The notes: generated by a model from the sequence alone, not told the origin. A stretch of DNA of 64,000 nucleotides from Microbacteriaceae bacterium (GCA_009780695.1 WQZN01000011.1:18456-82455); one strand, 5' to 3'; positions 30,950-40,936 are shown, numbered from the stretch's first letter. Numbers and translations are program-made.

Positions 30950-31933
30950 ATGAGCACGATGACACTTTTCCTGGCCGTCGACGCCGGCGGCACGTCAACC
31001 CGCTGCGTGGCAGTCGACGAAACGGGCGCCTGCCTCGGCTACGGCCGCGCCGCGAGCGGCAATCCCATCTCGGCGGGCCCCGCCCTGGCCGCCAACTCGG
31101 TCGCGCGGGCCGCGAACGCCGCGCTCGTGCAGGCGGATGCGCCGCGGGCACGGGTCGCGGGGGTGCTGCTCGCCATGGCGGGGGTGAGCGCCGGCGTCGG
31201 CGCCCAGGCCTTCGCGCCGCCCCTCGCGCGGATCGGCGTGGTCGCACCCGTCTCGTTCGCGGGCGACCTGCTCGCGACCTTCGCGGCGGGCACTCCAGCG
31301 CTGGACGGCTACGCGCTCATCGCAGGCACCGGAGCCACCGCGGGGCGGATCGAGCGCGGAGCCGTCGCCGGCACTGCCGACGGGCTCGGCTGGCTGCTCG
31401 GGGACGCGGGGTCGGGGTTCTGGATCGGGCGGAGAGTGGTGCGCTCGGCATCCGCCCACCTCGACGGCCGCGGGCCGGGCACCTCGCTCACGGCCGCGCT
31501 GCTCGACGAGCTCGGGCTGCGCGACGACCGCACCACCCGTGACGGCCGGCCCGCGGTCCTCGACCGCATGATCGAGGCTCTCTACGCGCTGCGACCCGTC
31601 GAACTGGCGCGGTTCGCGCGCCTGGCGTTCGAGGCGGCCGATACGGATGCCGTCGCCGCCGACATCGTCGACGCGGCCGCCGACGCGCTCATCGGCACCC
31701 TGTCGTCGGTGTTCCGGCGCTCGGTGTCGGGGCCGATCGTGCTGGGCGGCGGCACGGTCGCGCAGCACGAGAACCTGGCCGCGCGGATCGCCCACGCGCA
31801 CCCCGGCTCCCCGGTCACGATCGTCGAGGACGGCGCCGTCGGCGCCACGGTGCTCGCGCTCCGCAACGCGGGGGTGACGGTCGACGAGGCCGTCTTCGAC
31901 CGCATCGGCCGTTCGCTGGCGGCTCTGCGCTGA
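30950..31933 (+). CDS. BadF/BadG-type N-acetylglucosamine kinase-like protein
   Basis: AVDAGGTST, IAGTG, GWLLGDAGSGFWIG, VLGGG. Confidence 0.85.
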   Translation: MSTMTLFLAVDAGGTSTRCVAVDETGACLGYGRAASGNPISAGPALAANSVARAANAALVQADAPRARVAGVLLAMAGVSAGVGAQAFAPPLARIGVVAPVSFAGDLLATFAAGTPALDGYALIAGTGATAGRIERGAVAGTADGLGWLLGDAGSGFWIGRRVVRSASAHLDGRGPGTSLTAALLDELGLRDDRTTRDGRPAVLDRMIEALYALRPVELARFARLAFEAADTDAVAADIVDAAADALIGTLSSVFRRSVSGPIVLGGGTVAQHENLAARIAHAHPGSPVTIVEDGAVGATVLALRNAGVTVDEAVFDRIGRSLAALR

Positions 31934-31938
31934 GCCGC

Positions 31939-31990
31939 AACTGCCGGAACTGCGGAACTGCCTGAACTGCCTGAACTGCCTGAACTGCCG
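31939..31990 (+). repeat. About 6 tandem copies of the 9-bp unit GAACTGCCT
   Basis: Three perfect and three degenerate copies directly after the kinase stop codon. Confidence 0.85.
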
Positions 31991-31994
31991 CGAA

Positions 31995-32062
31995 GTGTGA
32001 GTTCGAGCTCACCCCTCGCGAGATCGCCCGCCCGAACTCACACGAGGGGTGAGTTCGGGCGG
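31995..32062. terminator. Interlocked inverted repeats / probable bidirectional terminator
   Basis: CCGCCCGAACTCAC (32028-41) pairs with GTGAGTTCGGGCGG (32049-62); lies between convergent genes. Confidence 0.65.
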
Positions 32063-32074
32063 TTCGGAAACGGT

Positions 32075-32935
32075 TCAGCCCAGCGCGGGCGCGACCACCG
32101 CGTCGAACGCCGAGACGACGCGCGCGGCCACCTCGGCGTACGGCGCGTCCCAGATCTCCTGGCGGAAGATCTCGACCTCGATGTCGCCGGTGTAGCCGGC
32201 ATCCTCGACGAGCCGCGTCACCGCGCCGAAGTCGACGTGGCCGTCGCCCATGTAACCGCGCGAGAGCAGCGAGTCGGCCGAGAGCGGCGTCATCCAGTCG
32301 CACACCTGATAGCTCGCGATGCGGCCGGATGCCCCGGCGCGGGCGATCTGAGCGGGCAGCTCCGGGTCCCACCACACGTGATAGGTGTCGACGACGACGC
32401 CGATCTCGGGCGCGATGTCCTCGGCGATGTCGAGCGCCTGGCCGAGCGTCGAGACGACGCCGCGGTCGGCCGCGAAGATCGGGTGCATGGGCTCGATCGC
32501 GAGCGTGACGCCCTGTTCCTTGGCATGCGGGGCGAGCTCGGCGATGGCATCCGTCGCCCGCCCGCGTGCGCCGACCACGTCGCGGTCGCCCGCGGGCAGA
32601 CCGCCCGCGACGAGCACCAGCACCGCGGCCGAGCCGGGCGCGCCCGCCGCGGCGAGCGCCGCGGTCTCGTCGATCGCCCGGCGGTTGTCATCGAGCGCGG
32701 CGATGCGGGCGGCCCCGGGCTGGGCCGTGAAGAACCCGGCGCGGCAGAGCGACGAGATGCGCAGGCCGGATGCCGCGACGAGCTCGACCGCGCGCTCGAG
32801 CCCCACTTCAGCAACCGGCTCGCGCCACGCCCCGAGGGACCGGTACCCCGCGGCCACCGCCACGTCGAGGGCCTCGGCGAGCGTCGCGTACTTGATCGTC
32901 GCCTGGTTGAGGCTGAGACGCGGGTGCGCGGTCAT
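32075..32935 (-). CDS. Sugar phosphate isomerase/epimerase TIM barrel
   Basis: LSLNQAT, LAIEPMHP, VDTYHVWWD, QVCDW, GDG.VDF, EVEIF. Confidence 0.88.
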   Translation of the reverse strand: MTAHPRLSLNQATIKYATLAEALDVAVAAGYRSLGAWREPVAEVGLERAVELVAASGLRISSLCRAGFFTAQPGAARIAALDDNRRAIDETAALAAAGAPGSAAVLVLVAGGLPAGDRDVVGARGRATDAIAELAPHAKEQGVTLAIEPMHPIFAADRGVVSTLGQALDIAEDIAPEIGVVVDTYHVWWDPELPAQIARAGASGRIASYQVCDWMTPLSADSLLSRGYMGDGHVDFGAVTRLVEDAGYTGDIEVEIFRQEIWDAPYAEVAARVVSAFDAVVAPALG

Positions 32936-34116
32936 GCGGCGACCCCCGACACGTTCAGGAACGCGTTCCAGCGGGATGCCGCGAGCTCCGGGTCTTCGAA
33001 GGCGCCGGCCGCGTTCGCGAGCCGCACGATCTCGGAGAGGTGCGGCAGGCTGCGCGCGGAGTGCAGACCGCCCACCATCTGGAACCCGGGCTGATGCCCG
33101 TTGAGCCAGGAGAGAAACGCGACACCTGTCTTATAAAAGAAGGTCGGCGCCGCGAAGACCTGCCGCGACAGCGCCTCGCTCGGGCCGAGGATCGCCTGGT
33201 AGCCCGCACGGTCGCCCGCATCGAGACGCTGAATCGCGGCCGAGGCGAGCGGCGCGACGGCGGCGAAGGCGCCGAGCAGCGCGTCCGAGTACGACCCGGC
33301 CGCACCCGACTCGTCGCCCGCGATGAGCGAGACGTAGTTGAAGTCGTCGCCGGTGAACATGCGCGCCGTGTGCGGCAGGCGCTCGCGCACCGCGATCTCG
33401 GAGGCCGCGTCGAGCAGCGACATCTTCACGCCCTGCACCTTGTCGGGGTGGGCTTCGATGATGTCGATCAGCACGGAGGCGGCGGCCCCGACATCCGTCG
33501 ACCCGAAATAGCCGCGCAACACCGGGTCGAACGCCTCACCGAGCCAGTGCAGCACGACGGGCGTCTGCGCACGCTCGAGCACGTCGCCGTAGACGCGGCG
33601 GTAGTCGTCGGGGCCGGATGCCGCGCGCGCCAGGTGCCGCGACGCCATCAGCACGACCCCGGCACCCTGGTCCTCGGTGAACGCGAGCTGGTCGAGGTAG
33701 GCCGCCGTCACCTCGGCGAGCGGGACGTTCTCGGCCTCGAGGTGGTCGGTGTTGACGCCCACCACGAGCGCGCCGCCGACGCTGCGGGCCTCGGCCGCCG
33801 AGCGCGCGATGAGCTCGCGCACGGCGACGGGGTCGAGACCCATGTTGCGCTGGGCGGTGTCCATCGCGTCGGCGACGCCGAGCCCCCACGACCACACGTG
33901 GTGGCGGAAGGCGAGCGTCGCGTCCCAGTCGATGTCGGCGGGCTGCCCCGGCGTGTTGTCGGCGTGGATCTTCGGCACGACATGTGCGGCCGCGTAGGCG
34001 ACGCGGCTCGTGAGCGGCGCGGTCGGCTTGGCGACCTGGAGCCCGTGGGCCGGGGATGCCTCGACGGCGGCGCGCGTCACCGCGCCGTCGGCGCCGAGCA
34101 GCAGGAAGTGGCTCAC
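32932..34116 (-). CDS. DUF993 / DHDPS-like TIM-barrel protein
   Basis: YAAAHVV, DWDATLAFR, ADAMDTAQRNMGL, LHWLG, GVKMSLLD, TGDDFNY. Confidence 0.82.
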   Translation of the reverse strand: MSHFLLLGADGAVTRAAVEASPAHGLQVAKPTAPLTSRVAYAAAHVVPKIHADNTPGQPADIDWDATLAFRHHVWSWGLGVADAMDTAQRNMGLDPVAVRELIARSAAEARSVGGALVVGVNTDHLEAENVPLAEVTAAYLDQLAFTEDQGAGVVLMASRHLARAASGPDDYRRVYGDVLERAQTPVVLHWLGEAFDPVLRGYFGSTDVGAAASVLIDIIEAHPDKVQGVKMSLLDAASEIAVRERLPHTARMFTGDDFNYVSLIAGDESGAAGSYSDALLGAFAAVAPLASAAIQRLDAGDRAGYQAILGPSEALSRQVFAAPTFFYKTGVAFLSWLNGHQPGFQMVGGLHSARSLPHLSEIVRLANAAGAFEDPELAASRWNAFLNVSGVAA

Positions 34117-35267
34117 GCGGTCACCTCGGGGATGTCGATGCGCGCGCCCGTCGCGGCCGACTCGAGGCCCTTCTCGGCGAGCAGCACGCCGCGGGCGCCG
34201 GCGACCAGGTCGAACGCATTCGGGGCGTCCTCGACGACGTGGCGCAGGAACTCCTCCCACTGCACCTTGAAGCCGTTCTCGAACACCTCGTTCTCGGGCA
34301 CGGCCTGCCAGTCGGCGGCGTAGTCGTGCGCGTCGGGGATGTCGGGGTTCCACGTCGGCCGCGGCGTCGCCGAGCGGTGCTGCACCTTGCAGCCGAACAG
34401 GCCGGCCACGGCCGAGCCCTCGGTGCCGTCGACCTGGATCTCGAGCAGCTCGTCCCGGTTCACGCGGACGTCCCAGCTCGAGTTGAACTCGGCGATGACA
34501 CCGCCCTCGATGCCGAAGATCGCGTAGGCCGCGTCGTCGGCGGTCGCGGCGTACGCCTCGCCCTTCTCGTCCCAGCGGGTCGGGATGTGCGTCGCGATCT
34601 GCGTGTAGACCGACTCGACGCGGCCGAACAGGTTCTCGAGCACGTAGTTCCAGTGCGGGAACATGTCGAGCACGATGCCGCCGCCGTCCGCCGCACGGTA
34701 GTTCCACGAGGGGCGCTGCGCCGGGGTCGTCTCGCCCTCCCACACCCAGTAGCCGAATTCGCCGCGCACCGAGAGGATGCGGCCGAAGAAGCCCTGGTCG
34801 ATCAGGCGCTTCAGCTTGCGCAGGCCCGGCAGGTAGAGCTTGTCGTGCACGACGCCCACCTTGACCCCGGCGTCCTTCGCGAGGCGCGCGAGCTCGAGGG
34901 CGTCCTCGAAGTTCTCGGCGGTCGGCTTCTCGGTGTAGATCGACTTGCCCGCCGCGATCGCCTTCTTGAGCGCCGGCACGCGCGCCTCGGTGACCAGGAA
35001 GTCGGCGTAGATCTCCCACTGCGGGTCCGCGAGCGCGGCGTCGAGGTCGGTGGTCCAATCGGCGATGCCGTGGCGCTCGGCGATCTCGCGCAGCTTCTCC
35101 TCATGGCGGCCGACGAGGATCGGCTTCACCTGCACACGGCTGCCGTCGGACAGCAGCACACCGCCCTGCTCACGGATCGCGAGGATCGAGCGCACCAGGT
35201 GCTGGCGGTAGCCCATGCGCCCCGAGACGCCGTTCATGATGATGCCGATCGTCGACTGTGCCGACAT
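34113..35267 (-). CDS. Gfo/Idh/MocA oxidoreductase
   Basis: IMNGVSGRMGYRQHL, YTEKP, RPSWNYR, GGIVLDMFPHW. Confidence 0.9.
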   Translation of the reverse strand: MSAQSTIGIIMNGVSGRMGYRQHLVRSILAIREQGGVLLSDGSRVQVKPILVGRHEEKLREIAERHGIADWTTDLDAALADPQWEIYADFLVTEARVPALKKAIAAGKSIYTEKPTAENFEDALELARLAKDAGVKVGVVHDKLYLPGLRKLKRLIDQGFFGRILSVRGEFGYWVWEGETTPAQRPSWNYRAADGGGIVLDMFPHWNYVLENLFGRVESVYTQIATHIPTRWDEKGEAYAATADDAAYAIFGIEGGVIAEFNSSWDVRVNRDELLEIQVDGTEGSAVAGLFGCKVQHRSATPRPTWNPDIPDAHDYAADWQAVPENEVFENGFKVQWEEFLRHVVEDAPNAFDLVAGARGVLLAEKGLESAATGARIDIPEVTA

Positions 35268-35337
35268 GTGTACCTCCGTTGGTGATTCGCCGTTCGAGAA
35301 GTCTGAAGTTGTGGTCCTCGTCCGCTGCGATGCGGAC

Positions 35338-35351
35338 GGAAAGCGCTTACC
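35338..35351. promoter_or_regulatory. LacI-type operator
   Basis: GGAAAGCGCTTACC upstream of the Gfo-DUF993 operon. Confidence 0.7.
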
Positions 35352-35398
35352 GAGATGTCTAGCGCATCAGGGGCACCCGGCACCAGACCGCGTCCGGG

Positions 35399-36481
35399 TC
35401 AGGCCGTGAGCGCCTCCGCGGCGAGCGCGGCCGCCGCGGCCGCCGCCCCGACCCCCGGCGTCGACGCCCGCACGACGACCTCGCCCGGCAGCAGCACGAG
35501 CGACTGCTCGCTCGCGGGGTGCACGATCAGGTCGACCGCGGTCACCCCGCCCTGCACGAGCGGCAGGCGCACGGTCGTGAGGCCCGGGTCGACGTCGCGC
35601 AGGGTCTCGATGTCGTCGAAGCCGGCGACGGCGACGTCCCGCCCGGGCTCGAGCCCCGCCTGGCGCAGCCTGGCCATCGCGCCGACCGCCATGACGTCGT
35701 TGACCGCGAACACGAGCGCGGGCTCGTGGCCCGACTCGAGCACATCGCCCATCGCGTCGAAGCCGCCGTCGCGCGTGAAGGCGCAGTGCACGACCGTGAT
35801 CGATTCGGCGGGATGCCCCGCCGCCGCGAACCCGTCGATGAAGCCCTGCGCGCGCTCGCTCGCGGTCAGCAGCCCCTCGGGCCCGGCGAGCACGACCGCG
35901 CGGTCGTAGCCGAGCGCCGCGAGCGCGAGCGCGAGGGACCGCGCGCCGGCCTCGTTGTCGAAGGCGATCGTGTCGAAGGGCAGCCCCCGCTGCGAGAGCA
36001 GCACGGGGTGGCCGCCCTCGGCCTCGAACTCGCGCAGCTGCTCGGCGAGGCGCGCCGTCATCGCGGCATCCGCCAGTCTCGAGCCGACGAGCACGATGCC
36101 GGACGGGCGCTGCCCGCGCAGCGCGCTGATGATCTGGATCTCGCGCTCGGGGTCGCGGCCCGTCACCGCGATCGTCGCGATGAGGCCGCCGCGCTCGGCG
36201 GCCGAGATGATGCCGCCCGCGATCTGCGCGAAGTAGGGGTCGGTGATGTCGGAGACGACGATGCCCACCGTGCTGGTGCGCCCCTTCGCGACGGCCTGAG
36301 CCTGCAGGTTGGGGGCGTAGTTGAGGCGCGCGGCCGCGGCGAGCACGCGGGCGCGGTAGTCCTCGTTGACCTTGCGCGTGCTGCCGTTCAGCGAGCGCGA
36401 CGCGGTCGCGAGCGAGACTCCGGCCTCACGCGCGACGTCGTGCAGGGTCGCGGCCGCCTTGCGGTTGTCGTCGCGTGCCAT
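35399..36481 (-). CDS. LacI-family regulator
   Basis: TLHDVAREAGVSLATASRSLNG, AGFDDI. Confidence 0.92.
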   Translation of the reverse strand: MARDDNRKAAATLHDVAREAGVSLATASRSLNGSTRKVNEDYRARVLAAAARLNYAPNLQAQAVAKGRTSTVGIVVSDITDPYFAQIAGGIISAAERGGLIATIAVTGRDPEREIQIISALRGQRPSGIVLVGSRLADAAMTARLAEQLREFEAEGGHPVLLSQRGLPFDTIAFDNEAGARSLALALAALGYDRAVVLAGPEGLLTASERAQGFIDGFAAAGHPAESITVVHCAFTRDGGFDAMGDVLESGHEPALVFAVNDVMAVGAMARLRQAGLEPGRDVAVAGFDDIETLRDVDPGLTTVRLPLVQGGVTAVDLIVHPASEQSLVLLPGEVVVRASTPGVGAAAAAAALAAEALTA

Positions 36482-36518
36482 CGCCCCTCCCTGGGTTCCT
36501 GTCGCGAGTGTAGGTCGG

Positions 36519-37241
36519 TCACTGCGCCGCGTCGGATGACGCGGCGGTGTCGGTTGCGGTGTCGGCTGTTTTGGGGGTCGAGGATGCCGTGAACCCCTCG
36601 TCCAGCAGTTCGAAGGCCCCCTTCGCCGCCGTGACGGCGAACAGGGCGAAGACCCCCGCGAGCAGTCCGAGCAGCAGCTCGGACGAGCTGTAGATCACAC
36701 CGCCCGCCACGAGCAGCAGCGCGAGGTTCGTGAAGGTGCTGCGCGGGGCGGCGAAGAGCAGGTAGAGCCCGAGGCGCAGCGCGTCGCGGGTGCGGAACGA
36801 GTAGCGGCTCACGATGAGCAGCACCGCCGACATCCACACCGTCGACACCGCCGCGACGGCGCCGATCACGATGCGCAGCACGAGCGGGGTGGACGGCATG
36901 AGGATGTCGGTCGCCGCGGCCACGAGCAGCAGCCAGTACGGCGCCCACACCTTGAGCGTGTCGAGCCAGTTGAGGCGGTAGCCGCGCCAGAAGGCGCGGA
37001 ACGCACCGCGCTCAGGGTGCTCGTGCACCGAGCGCGTCGCATAGAGCAGGGCGGTCCATGCCGGGCCGATGGCGATGCCGACGACGGCCCAGATGACCGC
37101 CGCCCTGCCCGCGGCGAGCGCGAACGCGAAGGGAAGGCAGGCGACGAGGAAACCCGCCGTGGGGCCGAGGACGCGGTAGAGCGCCTCGGCCACCCGGTAG
37201 AGCGGTCCGCTCGTGAATTCCCTCGTCGCCTGCTGTGCCAT
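36519..37241 (-). CDS. DUF624/YesL-like membrane protein
   Basis: About 5 TM segments, IGPAWTAL, AFWRGYRLNW; follows a LplABC-type importer. Confidence 0.7.
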   Translation of the reverse strand: MAQQATREFTSGPLYRVAEALYRVLGPTAGFLVACLPFAFALAAGRAAVIWAVVGIAIGPAWTALLYATRSVHEHPERGAFRAFWRGYRLNWLDTLKVWAPYWLLLVAAATDILMPSTPLVLRIVIGAVAAVSTVWMSAVLLIVSRYSFRTRDALRLGLYLLFAAPRSTFTNLALLLVAGGVIYSSSELLLGLLAGVFALFAVTAAKGAFELLDEGFTASSTPKTADTATDTAASSDAAQ

Positions 37242-37255
37242 GAGAAGAGTCTGGC

Positions 37256-38917
37256 TCAGGCCTTCTTGTTGGCGGCCTTGTAGGCCTGGTTGGCGCCGTC
37301 GACGTACTGCTTCAGGTTCTTGCCGTTCAGCTCCGAGATGTAGGCATCCCAGTCGTTGTTGACGTCCTTCTTGCCCAGGATGAAGTTCTGGGTCCAGGTG
37401 TTCGTGCTGTCGGTGATGGCCGTCTGCAGCAGACCGGCCTGCTGCGCCTGCACCTGCGTGTAGGGCACGGTCGGGGTCGCCTTGACGATCTCGTACGAGG
37501 TGAGGGTCTTCTGCCAGGCCAGCTCCTCGGCGGGCATCGTCGACTCGACGATCGCCGTGGTGCCGCCGTACATGAAGTTGCCGCAGCTGAAGCCGTCGTC
37601 GATGCGGATGTCCTTCGTGGCGCTCTGGTCGCCGATGCCGTACGCGGCGAGCTTCCAGCCGGGGGCGGTGTCGTAGACGCCGTTCTTGTAGGTATAGGTG
37701 ACGTCCTTGATGCCCCACTTGACGAGGATCTGCGCCTCGTCCGAGTACCACTGCCAGTCGACGTACTGCAGGAAGGCCTCGAAGTCGTCGCGCTTCGACA
37801 CGGAGGTCGAGAGCATGATGCCGTTCTCGAGGCGCGAGCCGGCGAGACGGTGGCCGAGGGGGCCGCCGGGGATCGGCGCCTTCGAGATCTTGTACTTGCC
37901 CGCGCCGAGGTTCTTGTCCATGGCGGTGCGGTCGAGGTTCAGCTGCTGGGCGTTCGTCGAGATGGCGAACGACTTGCCGGTCGTGAACTTCGCGGTCGCC
38001 TGGTCGTCGGTCTGCGTGAAGGTCTCGGGGTCGAGCAGGCCTTCCTTGACGAGGTCGGCGAAGAACGCGATGAGCGCCTTGTAGTTGTCGTCGGCCGGGG
38101 TGTAGGAGAACTCCTCCTTGGTCCAGTCGAAGAGCAGGCCGTTGCCGAGGCCCCAGCTCGAGCTGGTCGCGGCGTCGTAGCCGGCCATGGTGCCGTACTG
38201 CGTCGCGGCGATGTTCAGGATGTTCGCGCCGCCGTAGCGGTCCGACAGCGGGTACTGGCCGGGGTGCGCCTGCTTGATGGCCTGCAGGGTGGTCTTGACC
38301 TCGTCCCACGTGGTGGGCTGCTTGAGGCCGAGCGCGTCGAGCACGTCGTCACGGAACGACAGCGTGTAGTCGGGGTTGAGCGACTGGTGCAGACCCGGCA
38401 GCAGGTAGAACTTGCCGTCCGACTGCTTGATCGTCGAGAGGTCGGCCTCGAGGTTCCAGTCCTTGACCTTCTGGGTGAAGTTCGGCATGTACTTCGTGTA
38501 GTCCGAGACCGCGAGCACCGCGCCGCCGCCGACGAACGGGGCCTCCTGGCCCGGGTAGGTCTTGGCGATGATGTCGGGCGCCTTGCCGGCGTTGATCAGG
38601 ACCGACTTCTTGTCCGCGAAGTCGGCGAAGGGCACGACGGTCGGGTCGAGCTCGACGTTGGTGACCTTCTTGATCTGGTCGAAGACCTTCCAGGTCTTCT
38701 TGTAGGGGTATGCCGGGTTGTCCTGGAACAGCATGGTGAACTTGAGCGGCTGGGGCGCCTTGAAGGTGGTGCCGGCGGCGTAGCTCTTCATCATGCCCGT
38801 GGTCTTGCCCGAGACGACGGGCGTGCCGCCGCTGGACGAGCAGCCGGCGAGCAGACCGGCGGCGGCGCCGGCCAGACCCATGACGAGGACGTCACGGCGG
38901 GTTACCTTGATCGACAT
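37256..38917 (-). CDS. Oligosaccharide ABC substrate-binding lipoprotein (LplA-like, Tat)
   Basis: TRRDVL, LAGC lipobox, YMPNF, PTTWDE, EGLLDPE. Confidence 0.88.
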   Translation of the reverse strand: MSIKVTRRDVLVMGLAGAAAGLLAGCSSSGGTPVVSGKTTGMMKSYAAGTTFKAPQPLKFTMLFQDNPAYPYKKTWKVFDQIKKVTNVELDPTVVPFADFADKKSVLINAGKAPDIIAKTYPGQEAPFVGGGAVLAVSDYTKYMPNFTQKVKDWNLEADLSTIKQSDGKFYLLPGLHQSLNPDYTLSFRDDVLDALGLKQPTTWDEVKTTLQAIKQAHPGQYPLSDRYGGANILNIAATQYGTMAGYDAATSSSWGLGNGLLFDWTKEEFSYTPADDNYKALIAFFADLVKEGLLDPETFTQTDDQATAKFTTGKSFAISTNAQQLNLDRTAMDKNLGAGKYKISKAPIPGGPLGHRLAGSRLENGIMLSTSVSKRDDFEAFLQYVDWQWYSDEAQILVKWGIKDVTYTYKNGVYDTAPGWKLAAYGIGDQSATKDIRIDDGFSCGNFMYGGTTAIVESTMPAEELAWQKTLTSYEIVKATPTVPYTQVQAQQAGLLQTAITDSTNTWTQNFILGKKDVNNDWDAYISELNGKNLKQYVDGANQAYKAANKKA

Positions 38918-39056
38918 TTCTGCGATACCTCCGTTGGTGTTGCAGTTTCTTGTGCTTGGTGTGGAAAAACGATTTCGTTGTCGCGGGCGGATGCCCCGGC
39001 CGAGGCATCCTCGCGAGGGGCTAGCCCGTGACCGACCAGCCTTGAGCCGGTCCGCC

Positions 39057-40004
39057 CTAGCCCTTGACCGAGCCGAGCATGATGCCCGTCACGAAGTAGC
39101 GCTGGATGAAGGGGTAGACGAAGAGGATCGGGATGACGATGAGCACCATCGTCACGGACTTGATGTTCGCGCCGATCTGGGTCAGGTTGCCGTCCGCCGA
39201 AGCGCCGGCGTCCTGCGCGCCGGTGGCACCCGCGATGAGGTTCCGCAGGTACACGGTGACGGGGTAGAGGTCGGAGTGGTCCATGTAGAGGAAGGCGGGG
39301 AACCACGAGTTCCACTGGCCGACCGCGTAGATCAGGATCATGGTCGCCATCACCGCCTTCGACAGCGGCAGGACGATGCGCAGCAGGATGCCGTAGGTGT
39401 TCAGCCCGTCGATCTGCGCCGCCTCGAGCAGCTCGTCCGGCAGGTTCTCGAAGAACGACTTCATGACGAGCACGTTGAACACGCTGATCGCGCCGGGCAG
39501 GGCGATGGCCCAGATGGTGTCGGTCAGGTTCAGCTTGTTCACCACGATGTAGGTCGGGATGATGCCGCCCGAGTACAGCATCGTGACGATAGCCATGCCG
39601 ATGAAGAACTTCCGCCCCTTGAGCTCGGGGCGCGAGACCGCGTAGGCGAACATCGTCGAGAGCACCATCGAGACGGCGGTCGAGACCACCGTGTAGACGA
39701 CCGTGTTCCGGTAGTTGATCCAGAACGTCGGGTCCTTGAGCACGAGGCCGTAGGTCGAGACATCCCACCCGCGCGGCCAGACGCTGACGAGGCCGAAGTC
39801 GATGTACTTCTCGCTCGAGAGCGACTGCGCCACGACGTTCACGAAGGGGAAGAGCGTGATGGCGACGGCGAGCAGCAGGATCACGACGTTGACGACGCCG
39901 AAGATGCGCTCTCCGCGGCTCTGGCGGATGCGGCTGCGGTGCTTCGTGTTGCCGAGGACGAGGGAGGCGGTGGGCACGGCGCCCGCCGCCGGAGCTTCGA
40001 TCAC
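39057..40004 (-). CDS. ABC permease (LplC-like)
   Basis: SGGIIPTY, LEAAQIDG, AVGQWNSWF, YPFIQRYFVTG...GSVKG. Confidence 0.9.
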   Translation of the reverse strand: MIEAPAAGAVPTASLVLGNTKHRSRIRQSRGERIFGVVNVVILLLAVAITLFPFVNVVAQSLSSEKYIDFGLVSVWPRGWDVSTYGLVLKDPTFWINYRNTVVYTVVSTAVSMVLSTMFAYAVSRPELKGRKFFIGMAIVTMLYSGGIIPTYIVVNKLNLTDTIWAIALPGAISVFNVLVMKSFFENLPDELLEAAQIDGLNTYGILLRIVLPLSKAVMATMILIYAVGQWNSWFPAFLYMDHSDLYPVTVYLRNLIAGATGAQDAGASADGNLTQIGANIKSVTMVLIVIPILFVYPFIQRYFVTGIMLGSVKG

Positions 40005-40936
40005 CACAGGCCTGCTCCCGTCAAACGCTTGGCGACCATGTTCGAGGAGATGACCAGAATGGCGCCGATCAAGGCCTCGAACATGCCGATGGCAGCCGCA
40101 TAGCTGAAGCTGCCGGACTGAATGCCGACCCGGAACAGGTACGTCGAGATGACGTCGGCCGTCGCGTAGGTCGAGGGGTTGTAGAGAAGGAAGATCTTCT
40201 CGAAGCCGACACCGAGGAAGGTGCCGATGTTGAGGATGAGCAGCGTGACGATGGTCGGCGTGATGCCGGGGATCGTGACGTGCCAGGTCTGCTTCCAGCG
40301 GTTCGCGCCGTCGATGCGGGCGGCCTCGTAGAGGCTCTCGTCGATCTGGGTCAGGGCCGCGAGGTAGAGGATCGTGCCCCAGCCGGCGGTCTGCCAGACC
40401 TCGGAGCCGACGTAGATGGCCGGGAACCAGCCCGGGTCCTGCATGAACGCGATCTTGTCGATGCCCACCGTGCTGAGGAAGTGGTTGATCGTGCCCTGCA
40501 GCGAGGTGAGCTGCATGATCATGCCGGCGACGATGACGACCGACAGGAAGTGCGGCAGATAGGTGGCCGACTGCACGAAGCGCTTGAACCCGCGGTTGCG
40601 CACCTCGTTGAGGAGCAGGGCGAGGATGATCGGCGCCGGGAAGCCGAACAGCAGGGCGAGGCCGCCGAGCACGATGTTGTTCCGGAAGACCTGCCAGAAG
40701 CCGGGGTCGGCGAGGAAGAGCTTGAAGTTGTCGAAGCCCGTCCAGTACTCGCCGAAGATGTTGCCGCCGGGCATGTACTGGCGGAAGGCGATGATGTTTC
40801 CCGCCATCGGCAGGTACCGGAAGATGACGAAGTACGCCACCGGAAGGATCAGCAGCGTGTAGAGCTGCCAGTTTCGGTACCAGGGCCGACTGGACCCGCC
40901 GCCGCCGGCTCGTAGCCGCGCTGTCTCCGTCGACAT
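40001..40936 (-). CDS. ABC permease (LplB-like)
   Basis: YLPHFLS, GWGTILYLAAL, YEAARIDGA. Confidence 0.9.
   Translation of the reverse strand: MSTETARLRAGGGGSSRPWYRNWQLYTLLILPVAYFVIFRYLPMAGNIIAFRQYMPGGNIFGEYWTGFDNFKLFLADPGFWQVFRNNIVLGGLALLFGFPAPIILALLLNEVRNRGFKRFVQSATYLPHFLSVVIVAGMIMQLTSLQGTINHFLSTVGIDKIAFMQDPGWFPAIYVGSEVWQTAGWGTILYLAALTQIDESLYEAARIDGANRWKQTWHVTIPGITPTIVTLLILNIGTFLGVGFEKIFLLYNPSTYATADVISTYLFRVGIQSGSFSYAAAIGMFEALIGAILVISSNMVAKRLTGAGLW

Noticed and set aside
31939-31990. Possible CRISPR array
   Set aside because: 9-bp tandem units with no spacers and no cas genes.
32932-34116. Lysine-biosynthesis dapA
   Set aside because: Lacks the GTTGE motif and sits in a catabolic operon.
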